In this document: positions 47,195 to 57,416 of the stretch, in pieces
How the letters are laid out: every line of letters begins with the position of its first letter
How positions within the stretch are numbered: the first letter of the stretch is position 1
Translations under genes and position numbers: made by a program
The notes under the pieces: generated by a model
What the model was told of the DNA's origin: nothing
What the model saw: only the letters and a program-made list of their open reading frames with translations
Databases searched by the model: none
DNA from: a virus
Strand: one strand, 5' to 3'
Virus record (IMG/VR): IMGVR_UViG_3300045988_103014
Location: 77,780-141,779 of that record
DNA length: 64,000 nucleotides

Positions 47195-47236
47195 GGTTAA
47201 AAATTAAACTGGCTTGGCCTATTATAGCCAAGCCAG
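47195..47236 (-). terminator. Rho-independent terminator after the 1826-aa gene
   Basis: CTGGCTTGGCCTATTATAGCCAAGCCAG followed by TTTAATTTTTAACC on the minus strand. Confidence 0.7.
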
Positions 47237-47244
47237 TCATTTAA

Positions 47245-50200
47245 TTATGTTGTAGGCTCTAAAGCCTTAATTCTTGCCTCAAGAGTTGCAATGTATGTAC
47301 ACAATTCAGCGATTGTCTTCTGAGAAGCTGTACCGCCTTGTGGAGTATATGTGAACTTAGTAGTTGTAGTTACTGTACCAGTAGGTAAATCTGTCAACGC
47401 CAAATCTGCTCCACCAGTTACAAGTCCCTTACTATCATAAGTTACTTTACACTTTGTAGCACCAGTAATCGCGGCATTTGCCACAACAGCTGCATTAGCT
47501 AAATCATAAGCAGCTTTAACTGCTTTAGGAGTTGCTGCTAAAGCTTCACTCTCACTATTGGTTGCACTGCTTAACTTAGTTACACCATATAGACTAGTAG
47601 ATGCAGTAGTAAGTGACTGAGCAGTACCACTAGCTCCACCAACAGTAACATTTACTTTAGGAGCTGCAGAACTAGTTCCAGCAGTAATTGTAATGCTTGG
47701 AGAGAAATCAGTATGAGTAACTGCAATCTGTCCATCGCTCTGAGTTACTGCGCTTACGTATTTACCAGTAGCCGCATCACTGTCTGTATAATCTAAACCT
47801 CCGATTGTGTCAGTCAAACTATATAAATATGATTGAACTTTTGAGAACGCACCATTGATTGTGTCGGTCGCGGCGATAGCTCCCGTGATTCGATTTGAAG
47901 GAGCTGTATAATTTGTTAAAGCCAAAGTGCCGACATAGGCTTTTGTCTCTGTAAATGCGCCATCGGCAGCTACAAGACTCATACCTGTTACTACGTTACC
48001 TGTACCGTTGGTTAAGCTTGGTGTTGGAATAGTTACGGTGTGGTCACTCAAAGATGAAACGTGTCCTGTCTGGTCAATACCAGCAGAAAGAACTTTGAAT
48101 GTACTTCCGAACTTAGGTGTTTGATTTGATGTGTCGCCTTTTGATGTTGAAGCTGTACCTGCGGCTGCGTGTCCGATAGTAACTTTCTTATTGGTTGCGT
48201 CTGCAACTAAAGTAATCCATCTGTTGCTTGTATCAAGAGTGGCTGTATCTACCTGTGTTGCTGCTGTTAAAGTACCTGCGGCAGCTGTTGGTGCGGTAGT
48301 TGTGGTCGCACCTGAATTAGCGATTGCTAAATTCTTAAAGCCATCTTGAAGTGTGTAAGTACGTTTTGTACTTCCAGTTAAGTGTCCTGCGTTATCCCAA
48401 GATAATTCTTGAACTGTGAAAGTGCTTGAGTTATCAAGGTCTGTCGCTGCAGTACCCTCTGAGAACTTCTTAACATAATGCTTAAATGTAATTGTATCTG
48501 AGGTAGCATCGTGGCTCATCTGAATCCACTTATTACCAGCAGAGAAATTCAATGTATCACTTAAGCTATCTGCACTTACTGTTCCATCTGTTGAAGAGGT
48601 ATCGTCTGTGTTAGTTGAACTACCTACGATTTTAACATTCTCAAATACTTCTGGAATAGTAACTGTATGAGTTTCAGCAAAAATGATATGACCAGCTTCA
48701 TCAAACTTAAATACTGGAACTTCAAAAGTATTATCAGTATCAAGAAGATTTACTGTTTCATCCTGTTGTAAACCATATGCAGTATTTGCTTGTGTTGAGA
48801 TAGGTGACAATGCGTGAGCAAATGTCATTGAATCATTTGTTGCATTAGTTGCAGTTCTAATCCATTTATTACCAGTGTTAATAGTAAATGTATCCTGAGT
48901 ATTTTCTGCAACCACATTTGCATGCGATGTTGCTAACTCAGTAACTGCGGTACTATCTGCGCCGCTTGCGATTGTCTTAAATCCATAAGGTAGAGTAACT
49001 GTCTCAGTATTTTTACCAACCACATGTCCCATTTCATCAACAATAGGAGTGTATAAAGAAATCTTATCTGAATTATTGCTTGATGCAACATTATCAGTGT
49101 TCTTATTGGTTGTACTAGTAGTATCTGTTACCTTTTGGAAATTGTGGTGAATTGTGAACTTAGGTCCAGCAGGTGAACTATCTAAGCTTAATGTCAACCA
49201 CTGTCCGCGCATTGCACCCACAGATGCGACCTCACGGAATTTATCTTGACCTACTCCCTCTGCTAATACGATTTCTGCGGCTCCACTTGCCTTAGTCTCT
49301 GTACTAGAAGTCTTCTGTACTGTTGACCAATGCGCAGTGTTCACGCGTCCGTAGTCATCAATAATTGCAAAGTTATTAGGAATAAGTTTATCAAACTTAT
49401 TGATGGCGTCATTGATTACGTTAATGCAACCTTGTAGTGTAGTTCTTTCACGAGTATTAAAATTATCAATTTCAAGCATCTTGTTCATCTGCAAGATTAA
49501 ACCATGAATTGTATTTAATCCACGTCCAAAGTTTACTAAAATTTCGCTACCAACCGATTCGTCTCTATAGCACAATCTCACTGAAGCAGGAATCTGAGTA
49601 ACAGCTTCACTCCATTCAGAATGTGGTGCGAACAAACCTAAGCTATCTGACATTACATAAACGCCGCCATTTAGTTTATAGTATTCTTTAGAAGAACTGT
49701 AAGTCAATGATTTATCAATAATATATTCTCCAGTAGTTGGGTCAATGATATAATACTTATTAGGTACATAGAATTTGCGAGCTGTAAACTCATTAAAAGT
49801 GACATCTGCAAAATACTGTCTACCCTCAGTCATTTCTTCATTTTTATCAATAGCATAGCTTCCATCGGTAGTTACAAAATAGAATTTATTTTTTTCGTAG
49901 AAAGTTCCAGCATCTTCGAATTGCGGTGTATAGAACTTAGTAAATACAGCCGTAGCTCCTCCATCAAAAGTGAACTCTTTCTTATAAAATTCCTTTAAAG
50001 TATCAATAGTTAAATACTGATAACTACCAATATAAGTAGGAAGTAACGGACTATCTTCAACATCCTCTACTACATCTTCATCAACTTCTCCATCATATTC
50101 TACATCTTCTGTAAATGAAGGTAACAGTTGTTTTGGAGCAGCGAAGTAATAATAATTATCTCTCCAAGGAAGTAGCTTAACTTTATACATACCAGTAACA

Positions 50201-52725
50201 CTTAGATTTACTGTTTCGTCACTTGTGGTAAAACTTCCGTCTGGGTTCTGTACCCACTGACCTGCATTATCACCACTTACCTTAGAACCATTGATGATAT
50301 AGTAATCGTCATTTAAGTTAATCTGGTTATAAGGTCTATCTTCCATCTTAATGGTTTTTGCACCAGTAGATGTATTAGTAGTCATACGATAGAAGTAACC
50401 AGGACAATAAATATAAGTTAGGTTTGTTGTGGCTTCAGGCTTTCCACTGTCGTCATAAGATAAAACATATTTTTCAGTCTGTGTATCATAACGACTTACC
50501 TCTTCAAGACTCTGGTTAACTGCTTTTTCATCAGTTCCAATTTTTATAGTAAAATATGGACGATTTGCAGTTCCCTTATCTGCGATATCTAAATAATATC
50601 CAGGATACTCTTTACTACCATCTGCGTTAGTAACCGTAGTCATTCTAGGATAATAGAAAGTATAAGGTGCATAATAAGCAGTAACTTTCTGAGGAGTTGC
50701 TTTATTAAGAGTGTGATAAGTTACATCTTCAGCAACGTCATATGCCACTTTATAATTAGGCTTTCCTGTATCTGGGTCAACAGGAGTTTTGTAATATAAA
50801 GTTGAATTTGGTTTTTCTCCAAGGTTGGTTACTTTAGAGAATTTATTATTTTTACCAATCTTCTTTACATAATAAGTTTTTGAGCTATCAAAATTATTAT
50901 CGTTACATACATTATATGTTGAACCACTCTTAGTATAGAAATGCCCTTTTGCATAAGTAACTTCGTTTAATACAATAGTTTCATATGAATAAGACAATTC
51001 TCTAGTGTAAGTATATTTAATAGTCTTACGACGATATGAGCCGTCTGAAAACTGATAAATATAACCATCTTCATATTTATTCAAATCTAAAGCATCTGCA
51101 TCTGCGACAATAATCATACCTAACATATCGTGGACAGTGTTAATACAACCAGCGATAGTATTTACTGCTTTATCATCGAAATGTCCATGAACATCCATGA
51201 TACTGCGCAAACCTTCACGTTTAACAACACCATTAGCATACTCCCATTGATAATCAAGGTTACGCACATTGGTCTTTGCAATAGTTGCATTTGTCTCTCT
51301 TCCACCATAAGCCATATCCCACAACGTAGATACAGCATCACCAAGAGAAGGTAACATCATAACTAACTCTTGAGTATCTGGCTGAGCATTATATCCTTCA
51401 TTGGTTAAATGGTCATTATAAATGCGGCCGCTATAACCACTTGCCTCTAAGGCAATCTTATCTTCAATTTTTATATCAACTGAAGGGTTGTAGAATTGTG
51501 AGTCTGGATTGAGTACATCATAACTCTTTGAAATCACTTTCGGATTAAAACCAGCTTTATTTACATAAATCGCGCCATCAACATTACTACTTATATTACC
51601 TTTCTTACCATTCCATTTATTAGAATATGGACTGTAATACTTGGTACTCTCTTCTTCAGATGTAATGTCATAAAAAGCTCCCTTCCATTCAGTAGTAAAA
51701 TCTGAAGGATAAGAAACTGTCATTTCTGATGCGCGAACAGCAGGATATTTATCTGAGATTCTACCCATGTGGTCAACAGTTGGAACCTTTAAACCACCAT
51801 ATGCGCCACGAACACGCATACCCCAAGGACCTTGAATATGAATATTGTAATTCGTATTTGTATTATTTGGGTCATAGTGAGGTGGAACAGGAGTTACTGT
51901 TGGAGCATCTGCTGTAAATGAAAATGTAGGAGTGATTGTATTTAAGTCTGCAATCATTACATACTTTTCTTCATTTCCAACATAAACTTTCTGCCACACA
52001 GTTGAGTCATAAGAACGCTCTGTGTTATAAACTTTATCAATATTATAATTTCGAGTAAATACTGATTCACCGCTAGAAACCGTTTCCCAAATTACTGCGA
52101 CTTGAGTATTACCTGCACTATCTGCACTCTCTTGATACTTGGCTCTCCAATACTGAATTTCACCTGAAGTATCGTAATTTCGCCAAGGCTCAATTACTGC
52201 ATACTGACCAGCAACAAAGCTATTAACAAAGTACATTTTGCTGTCAATGATATAAATTTGAGGGTCAGCTAAATTTGGATTCTGACGATAAAAAGTATCA
52301 TATTCACTTTTGGTTACTGCTTTATATGAACCTCTACTATCATCCAATCGAATGTACATTGGACTACCAAGTCTCATATAAATATGCTGACCAGCAGGAA
52401 TACAACATACTGAACCGTCTTTAATCATTTCTGGTCGAACCAAAGCATCAGGCATACCGCCTTCAATAGCTTCGATTGTCTGCGTCGGGTCAAGCACCAT
52501 TTTTACAGTAACTTTCGCCAATTCAGTGTACATATCGCCACTGTAATAATAATACTGCTGGAAATCATCAGCAGAAATATCCTGTTCATATTCTACAAGA
52601 ACATAACGACCCGCGAAGATATTGTCCTTCTGAGCGTTTTCATCCATAGATAATCTGTTAGGATAAATTCTGTCAAAGTAAAATTGCGTTCTGGCAGTAT
52701 TTCTAACATTTCCATAAAAACTCAT
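47245..52725 (-). CDS. Giant (1826 aa) tail fibre protein carrying a lambdoid side-tail-fibre-like motif near its C-terminus
   Basis: nt 47521-47580 encode TKLSSATNSESEALAATPKA(VKAAYDLAN), which closely resembles the SSATNSTSETLAATPKAVK motif recalled from enterobacterial prophage side tail fibres. Large beta-rich protein. Confidence 0.65.
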   Translation of the reverse strand: MSFYGNVRNTARTQFYFDRIYPNRLSMDENAQKDNIFAGRYVLVEYEQDISADDFQQYYYYSGDMYTELAKVTVKMVLDPTQTIEAIEGGMPDALVRPEMIKDGSVCCIPAGQHIYMRLGSPMYIRLDDSRGSYKAVTKSEYDTFYRQNPNLADPQIYIIDSKMYFVNSFVAGQYAVIEPWRNYDTSGEIQYWRAKYQESADSAGNTQVAVIWETVSSGESVFTRNYNIDKVYNTERSYDSTVWQKVYVGNEEKYVMIADLNTITPTFSFTADAPTVTPVPPHYDPNNTNTNYNIHIQGPWGMRVRGAYGGLKVPTVDHMGRISDKYPAVRASEMTVSYPSDFTTEWKGAFYDITSEEESTKYYSPYSNKWNGKKGNISSNVDGAIYVNKAGFNPKVISKSYDVLNPDSQFYNPSVDIKIEDKIALEASGYSGRIYNDHLTNEGYNAQPDTQELVMMLPSLGDAVSTLWDMAYGGRETNATIAKTNVRNLDYQWEYANGVVKREGLRSIMDVHGHFDDKAVNTIAGCINTVHDMLGMIIVADADALDLNKYEDGYIYQFSDGSYRRKTIKYTYTRELSYSYETIVLNEVTYAKGHFYTKSGSTYNVCNDNNFDSSKTYYVKKIGKNNKFSKVTNLGEKPNSTLYYKTPVDPDTGKPNYKVAYDVAEDVTYHTLNKATPQKVTAYYAPYTFYYPRMTTVTNADGSKEYPGYYLDIADKGTANRPYFTIKIGTDEKAVNQSLEEVSRYDTQTEKYVLSYDDSGKPEATTNLTYIYCPGYFYRMTTNTSTGAKTIKMEDRPYNQINLNDDYYIINGSKVSGDNAGQWVQNPDGSFTTSDETVNLSVTGMYKVKLLPWRDNYYYFAAPKQLLPSFTEDVEYDGEVDEDVVEDVEDSPLLPTYIGSYQYLTIDTLKEFYKKEFTFDGGATAVFTKFYTPQFEDAGTFYEKNKFYFVTTDGSYAIDKNEEMTEGRQYFADVTFNEFTARKFYVPNKYYIIDPTTGEYIIDKSLTYSSSKEYYKLNGGVYVMSDSLGLFAPHSEWSEAVTQIPASVRLCYRDESVGSEILVNFGRGLNTIHGLILQMNKMLEIDNFNTRERTTLQGCINVINDAINKFDKLIPNNFAIIDDYGRVNTAHWSTVQKTSSTETKASGAAEIVLAEGVGQDKFREVASVGAMRGQWLTLSLDSSPAGPKFTIHHNFQKVTDTTSTTNKNTDNVASSNNSDKISLYTPIVDEMGHVVGKNTETVTLPYGFKTIASGADSTAVTELATSHANVVAENTQDTFTINTGNKWIRTATNATNDSMTFAHALSPISTQANTAYGLQQDETVNLLDTDNTFEVPVFKFDEAGHIIFAETHTVTIPEVFENVKIVGSSTNTDDTSSTDGTVSADSLSDTLNFSAGNKWIQMSHDATSDTITFKHYVKKFSEGTAATDLDNSSTFTVQELSWDNAGHLTGSTKRTYTLQDGFKNLAIANSGATTTTAPTAAAGTLTAATQVDTATLDTSNRWITLVADATNKKVTIGHAAAGTASTSKGDTSNQTPKFGSTFKVLSAGIDQTGHVSSLSDHTVTIPTPSLTNGTGNVVTGMSLVAADGAFTETKAYVGTLALTNYTAPSNRITGAIAATDTINGAFSKVQSYLYSLTDTIGGLDYTDSDAATGKYVSAVTQSDGQIAVTHTDFSPSITITAGTSSAAPKVNVTVGGASGTAQSLTTASTSLYGVTKLSSATNSESEALAATPKAVKAAYDLANAAVVANAAITGATKCKVTYDSKGLVTGGADLALTDLPTGTVTTTTKFTYTPQGGTASQKTIAELCTYIATLEARIKALEPTT

Positions 52726-52731
52726 CTTACC

Positions 52732-53076
52732 TTATACCTCCTCGTTATTATTGTCATAAGTGACATCAATAATAAGTCCGCCAGTAGAACAGTTTGAAAT
52801 AGCTCTCAAAGAATTACCATCAAAACTTAATGACGTAATCTGAGTGTTGTCGCCAAGATTTAACTCGTAGACACCAGTTGCCCCGATGATAACGGGGCTG
52901 GTGCTACTGTTTACGTAAAACTTGGTTCCAGGTAAAGCCTGAATTCCAATCTGCAAAATAGGCAAAACTGAGGAGAATACATTACCAGACACTAAAGTCT
53001 GATAAGTGGTATTAGGTGTATTATGGGTTTTATCAACATCGCTAAAATAGCGAAATTGTTTGATTCTTTTAGCCAT
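52732..53076 (-). CDS. Small beta-rich protein, hypothetical (tail-associated)
   Basis: 114 aa. SD GGAGGTTAAGGAG. Confidence 0.5.
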   Translation of the reverse strand: MAKRIKQFRYFSDVDKTHNTPNTTYQTLVSGNVFSSVLPILQIGIQALPGTKFYVNSSTSPVIIGATGVYELNLGDNTQITSLSFDGNSLRAISNCSTGGLIIDVTYDNNNEEV

Positions 53077-53093
53077 AAATCTCCTTAACCTCC

Positions 53094-56000
53094 TTAATAA
53101 ATAGTATCTGCGGCTTTGACTGCCGAGATATTCATTGTGCCATTATATGTCAACGGAATTGTAAGTCTACTGATTAAGTAGTCTCCGTTAATATGGCTAT
53201 TATCATCTCTGACTGCGATTCTTGTATTTGGTTGCAAATGATATACTGGAATAGTTGTCATACTAATTGACTCAGTACAACAAGTGAACTGATATAAAAA
53301 GTCTTCTAACTGAGAGTGTGCGGTTTTGCCTTGAGAACTAATTGTAAATAAATTTTCAAGGTCATAGGTTAAACGAACATACGAATAACCCGGTTTCGCA
53401 TCTCTGTATTCCTCCCATTTGTCTGCATTTACAAAAATGACACTCGGAGTATCTCTATAGTAGATGGCTTTTACTTTTTCATCATTAACAGCTTTCGGCC
53501 TATTACCCACAGTCTTAGCTGAGTATTTAGCTACATCGCCATCTGTGTCAAGGAAATCGAACCAGAAGATAAGGTTAGCTGGGTCATTTTTCAAATCCAT
53601 TGCCCAACCTGTGTTTAGGTTGTAAGTTGGTGCATCATATAACGCATCATTGGTTTTAAAAGTATAACAGTTAAATCTTAAATACTCATATTCTGGGTCT
53701 CCATTATTATCATACCCAATTTGCTTGCGAGTATAATAACGCTTATTATATTCAAACTCTTTAAGCACGTCTACAACCTTAAAACTTGTAGCATACTTTT
53801 GAGCTGTTAAATAATCCAATCTCTTATTACAAGTATCTATCAAAGCCGCTGCCCCATTAGCTAAATCTTGGTCACTCATACGAGCATCTCTATCTTCTCT
53901 AATTGCGGCTGCTAACTCATTATTATAGTTAGTCTGTAAATTTTGTAAATCTACAACTAACTCTTCTTCAGCAATATCCATTTGATAATCTAAAAGAGCA
54001 ATCTCACATAATTCAGCACTACCGTACTGAGCTGGAGTATTTTTCATTACCTCGAATTGTTGGGTAAACATCGCTGTGCCATAAATCTCTTTTAATCTAT
54101 TAAAAGCATTTTGGCGATAAGTATTATTTGCAACACTATTGTACGCATCAATATCATATACCTTAAACAAAGGATAATATTTACCATTCTTTACTTCATT
54201 CTGTGGTACTCGATGATAATATACAATCGAGTGGTCAACTGGGAAGAAGTAAGAATCATGCTCTTTTTCTACTGCAATTAACGATTTAACACCCTCGGCA
54301 TCTGGAGTAATTGCATCTTGCAAATAAAAGAATTGGTCGCTCATAGTGCATTGAGTTAAATCTAATACCTCTTTAAATCCAGCATTTTCATAATATACTG
54401 CGTCTTGAGCATATGTAAAAGCAGATACGCGTTGACCATTAACCTTACTATAATACGAATGACCGCGAGTAAAACTTTGTACTCTGATATCAGAAGTGCT
54501 AATGCCAGGGTCTTCAGAGTAATAAGTTACATCCGGAGAAAGCTTAACCGCAGCGGTATATTTATACACACCTTCGCTTGTCTCTTCTCTGGTGTAATAT
54601 TGAACACCTTGCTTTAAAGTCCCAACACGCTCATAACCGCCATATTCAAAATACTTGTATCCAATTTTGAATTTAGCATTTGGGCCAACAGTCTTAGCAG
54701 CGTTAAACTCAGCATCTGAACCATAGTCGCTTCGGACCAATGTAGTTGTATAATCCCACACTTTAGAAGTATAATTGTTCAAAGTTAAATCAGAAGCTTT
54801 GGTCGCATAGTAATAAGTTTTATCAGGTTGTAAATCAACTAAAGAAATATCTTTCTTCTTATCATAATATGGATATTCATCATATCGCTTTAGTTCATAA
54901 TAAGTATAACTACCAGAACTTTGATATAAGCGACGAGTGCCATTCTGCATAGCGCTTAGCGATGGAATAGCATCCAATTTAACATGGTCTTGAAATTTGC
55001 CCTGAACATAAACTTCATTAACTGAGTCCCAAGTGTAGAAAGTTTGAATACCATCATCCGGAGTTGACTTTGAACGAATCTTCTCCCAGAAGCCACGCAT
55101 TGCACTTTTATATGCAGTTGCATCATCATAGTCATTTTCAGTCTTCAAGTAATATCTATCTTTTTCAACATTCTTCTTAAAGTAGATAAAGAACTCTTCA
55201 CCCAACTCCTTCATTTGAAGATTAGTTAAACAACCAATAGATGGATTTTCTAATGCGTTAATACATTCATTTATTAAACGAATGAAATCTGCGCCACCCG
55301 CAATTGCAGGTCTTGGATTATAAAGGTCACGCCAAAATCCTTCCATGTCAGTATAATAACTTTCATAGCCAGTTGTACCATCTTCATTAAACAAACCTTC
55401 ATTATGCTGATATACATTAAGCATGAAATCATCTTCGTGACAGTGAGCATTGTAATCAACTGCCATTTGGTAAATAATCTCACGCCAATCAACCTCACTA
55501 ATAATTTCAGTTTTTCCATCATAAAGAGTGGTTCCATCTAAATTCTCTAAAACTTTGTCTGGAATGTGTGGGTCATGAATATAGGCACCAATACCGTTTT
55601 GAGCCTGCTGAATATAATAAGTATAAGTATGTCCACAAACACCGTGGATTGAAGCCACTTGATTTGTATCTACATAATAAAAGATATCGTCTGTATTGAC
55701 AGTATAATCTTGATTATTGCCATAGCTACCTCCAGTAGCGAAGTAATCAAAAATTCGCACTGAAGTTGGTTTACAATATTTACCAATAGTTTCTGCTGGA
55801 TATGCGCCAGTTCGAATACGATATACTTCAGCCCATTCGTGAACGTCCCACCACTCTTCTGGTAATCCATTTGCATTTGGGGTTTTACCTTGCTCATACT
55901 TCTCAGTTAACTCATCTAAAATCTCTTGATAAGTACGAGTAGTAAACATCTTCAAACCATCCGAAGTTGTGTATGTATGCGGCTTCTTGTCAATCGCATA

Positions 56001-57416
56001 TCTTAGATGAATAGGAATAGTTTTATCAGATACTTTAGATTTCTTAGCACCCCAAATCGAAAAATCATTTTTAAGATTTGTAAGATTTGGCGTATTTTGG
56101 AATGAAGTAACTAAGTTACTACCGCCGAAGAAATAGGTTGTATCTGATGTATCAATTGCGCTTGAAGTGTGCGCGCCATCCACTTTTTCATAGTAGATAA
56201 GTGAGCTGTCCCATACACCTCTCGCAATTTCAAAACCACCATTGATTTTGATATAATACATGGAAGGAATATATCCTTTACCATTCTTAAACTCTTTACG
56301 CACATATCTATCTACTGTACCCTCGTTTACAATTCCAGTAAAAGGAGTCTGTACATAAGTTTTTTTCTTTTGGAATACAAAGTGTCCATCAAGGTCATAG
56401 AAATATTCAAACTCACCAAGCATATTCTTAATTTTATCTAGAACTGAGGTAATTGCTTCACCAACCTTAGCAGTTAAGTCACCTGGATATGTTAATTCAG
56501 TTAAGCGATATCCACAAACTTCTCCATAAGACACCTTGGCAACAGAATAGATTACTTCATCAGAAACCGAACTTCCGTCCATTGCTTTTACTGTTGTAAT
56601 TTTCTCCTCTGTGCCGGAAAAGTTCTGACTCATACGAGGGTCATAATGACCTTTCTCGCCAATGTCTTTGAGACGAACCGGCTTACCATTATCTACATCC
56701 CAATATTCTTTCTCACCATCAAAAGTAATATTTTCAATCTCATTTGTATAAAGATTGATAACCATATACAATGGTTTTTCTTTTGAGCCTCTGTACTCCA
56801 TAAGCTCCAAACCGAATTCGTCAATATCATTGATAATGATGTTTTGGAATGGCTCATTGCCGTATTTATGAACTGCTTCTCGGATAATAGTTTTAATTGG
56901 AATATCTTCTGTTGTTGATACCAATTTACCCTTTTCGTCTCTGGTATAAATTTTAACCTTACCAAAGTCTGCTGACAAGGACTCAATCATACCACCTAAT
57001 TCGCCATTTAACTTACACATCTTATCTTTTCCATTTACAGAAATAGAATAGCTATTTACAGATTGAGTTGTATTAAATGTGGATAAAATAAAAGTACCTT
57101 GTTTAAACCAGATTATGTCGTCATACTTTGGATTGATTGAATTTTTTAATCCGATAAACAATTTTATTTTCGTATTTAATCCCCAGTAGTAGTCATTGAT
57201 GTTAATATCATTTGCGACCATGCTCAATGAAAATGAGCGGCGCACTGAAGATGTTCCATCAACATTTAAACTACCCTGGGTTACTCGCCCTGAAATTTCT
57301 TCCATGGGCTCTTCTTGCATATTTAAAGCAACAATACGAGCGTACACAGTACGCTCGCGTTGCTCGGATAATGCTTTTAGGAAATCTTCATCTAAAAATG
57401 GATTTGCATTCATCAT
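53094..57416 (-). CDS. Large (1440 aa) tail / baseplate structural protein, possibly a Tal-like tail-tip protein
   Basis: Start overlaps the upstream stop (ATGA). No confident motif. Position and size suggest a baseplate hub / tail-associated protein. Confidence 0.5.
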   Translation of the reverse strand: MMNANPFLDEDFLKALSEQRERTVYARIVALNMQEEPMEEISGRVTQGSLNVDGTSSVRRSFSLSMVANDININDYYWGLNTKIKLFIGLKNSINPKYDDIIWFKQGTFILSTFNTTQSVNSYSISVNGKDKMCKLNGELGGMIESLSADFGKVKIYTRDEKGKLVSTTEDIPIKTIIREAVHKYGNEPFQNIIINDIDEFGLELMEYRGSKEKPLYMVINLYTNEIENITFDGEKEYWDVDNGKPVRLKDIGEKGHYDPRMSQNFSGTEEKITTVKAMDGSSVSDEVIYSVAKVSYGEVCGYRLTELTYPGDLTAKVGEAITSVLDKIKNMLGEFEYFYDLDGHFVFQKKKTYVQTPFTGIVNEGTVDRYVRKEFKNGKGYIPSMYYIKINGGFEIARGVWDSSLIYYEKVDGAHTSSAIDTSDTTYFFGGSNLVTSFQNTPNLTNLKNDFSIWGAKKSKVSDKTIPIHLRYAIDKKPHTYTTSDGLKMFTTRTYQEILDELTEKYEQGKTPNANGLPEEWWDVHEWAEVYRIRTGAYPAETIGKYCKPTSVRIFDYFATGGSYGNNQDYTVNTDDIFYYVDTNQVASIHGVCGHTYTYYIQQAQNGIGAYIHDPHIPDKVLENLDGTTLYDGKTEIISEVDWREIIYQMAVDYNAHCHEDDFMLNVYQHNEGLFNEDGTTGYESYYTDMEGFWRDLYNPRPAIAGGADFIRLINECINALENPSIGCLTNLQMKELGEEFFIYFKKNVEKDRYYLKTENDYDDATAYKSAMRGFWEKIRSKSTPDDGIQTFYTWDSVNEVYVQGKFQDHVKLDAIPSLSAMQNGTRRLYQSSGSYTYYELKRYDEYPYYDKKKDISLVDLQPDKTYYYATKASDLTLNNYTSKVWDYTTTLVRSDYGSDAEFNAAKTVGPNAKFKIGYKYFEYGGYERVGTLKQGVQYYTREETSEGVYKYTAAVKLSPDVTYYSEDPGISTSDIRVQSFTRGHSYYSKVNGQRVSAFTYAQDAVYYENAGFKEVLDLTQCTMSDQFFYLQDAITPDAEGVKSLIAVEKEHDSYFFPVDHSIVYYHRVPQNEVKNGKYYPLFKVYDIDAYNSVANNTYRQNAFNRLKEIYGTAMFTQQFEVMKNTPAQYGSAELCEIALLDYQMDIAEEELVVDLQNLQTNYNNELAAAIREDRDARMSDQDLANGAAALIDTCNKRLDYLTAQKYATSFKVVDVLKEFEYNKRYYTRKQIGYDNNGDPEYEYLRFNCYTFKTNDALYDAPTYNLNTGWAMDLKNDPANLIFWFDFLDTDGDVAKYSAKTVGNRPKAVNDEKVKAIYYRDTPSVIFVNADKWEEYRDAKPGYSYVRLTYDLENLFTISSQGKTAHSQLEDFLYQFTCCTESISMTTIPVYHLQPNTRIAVRDDNSHINGDYLISRLTIPLTYNGTMNISAVKAADTIY

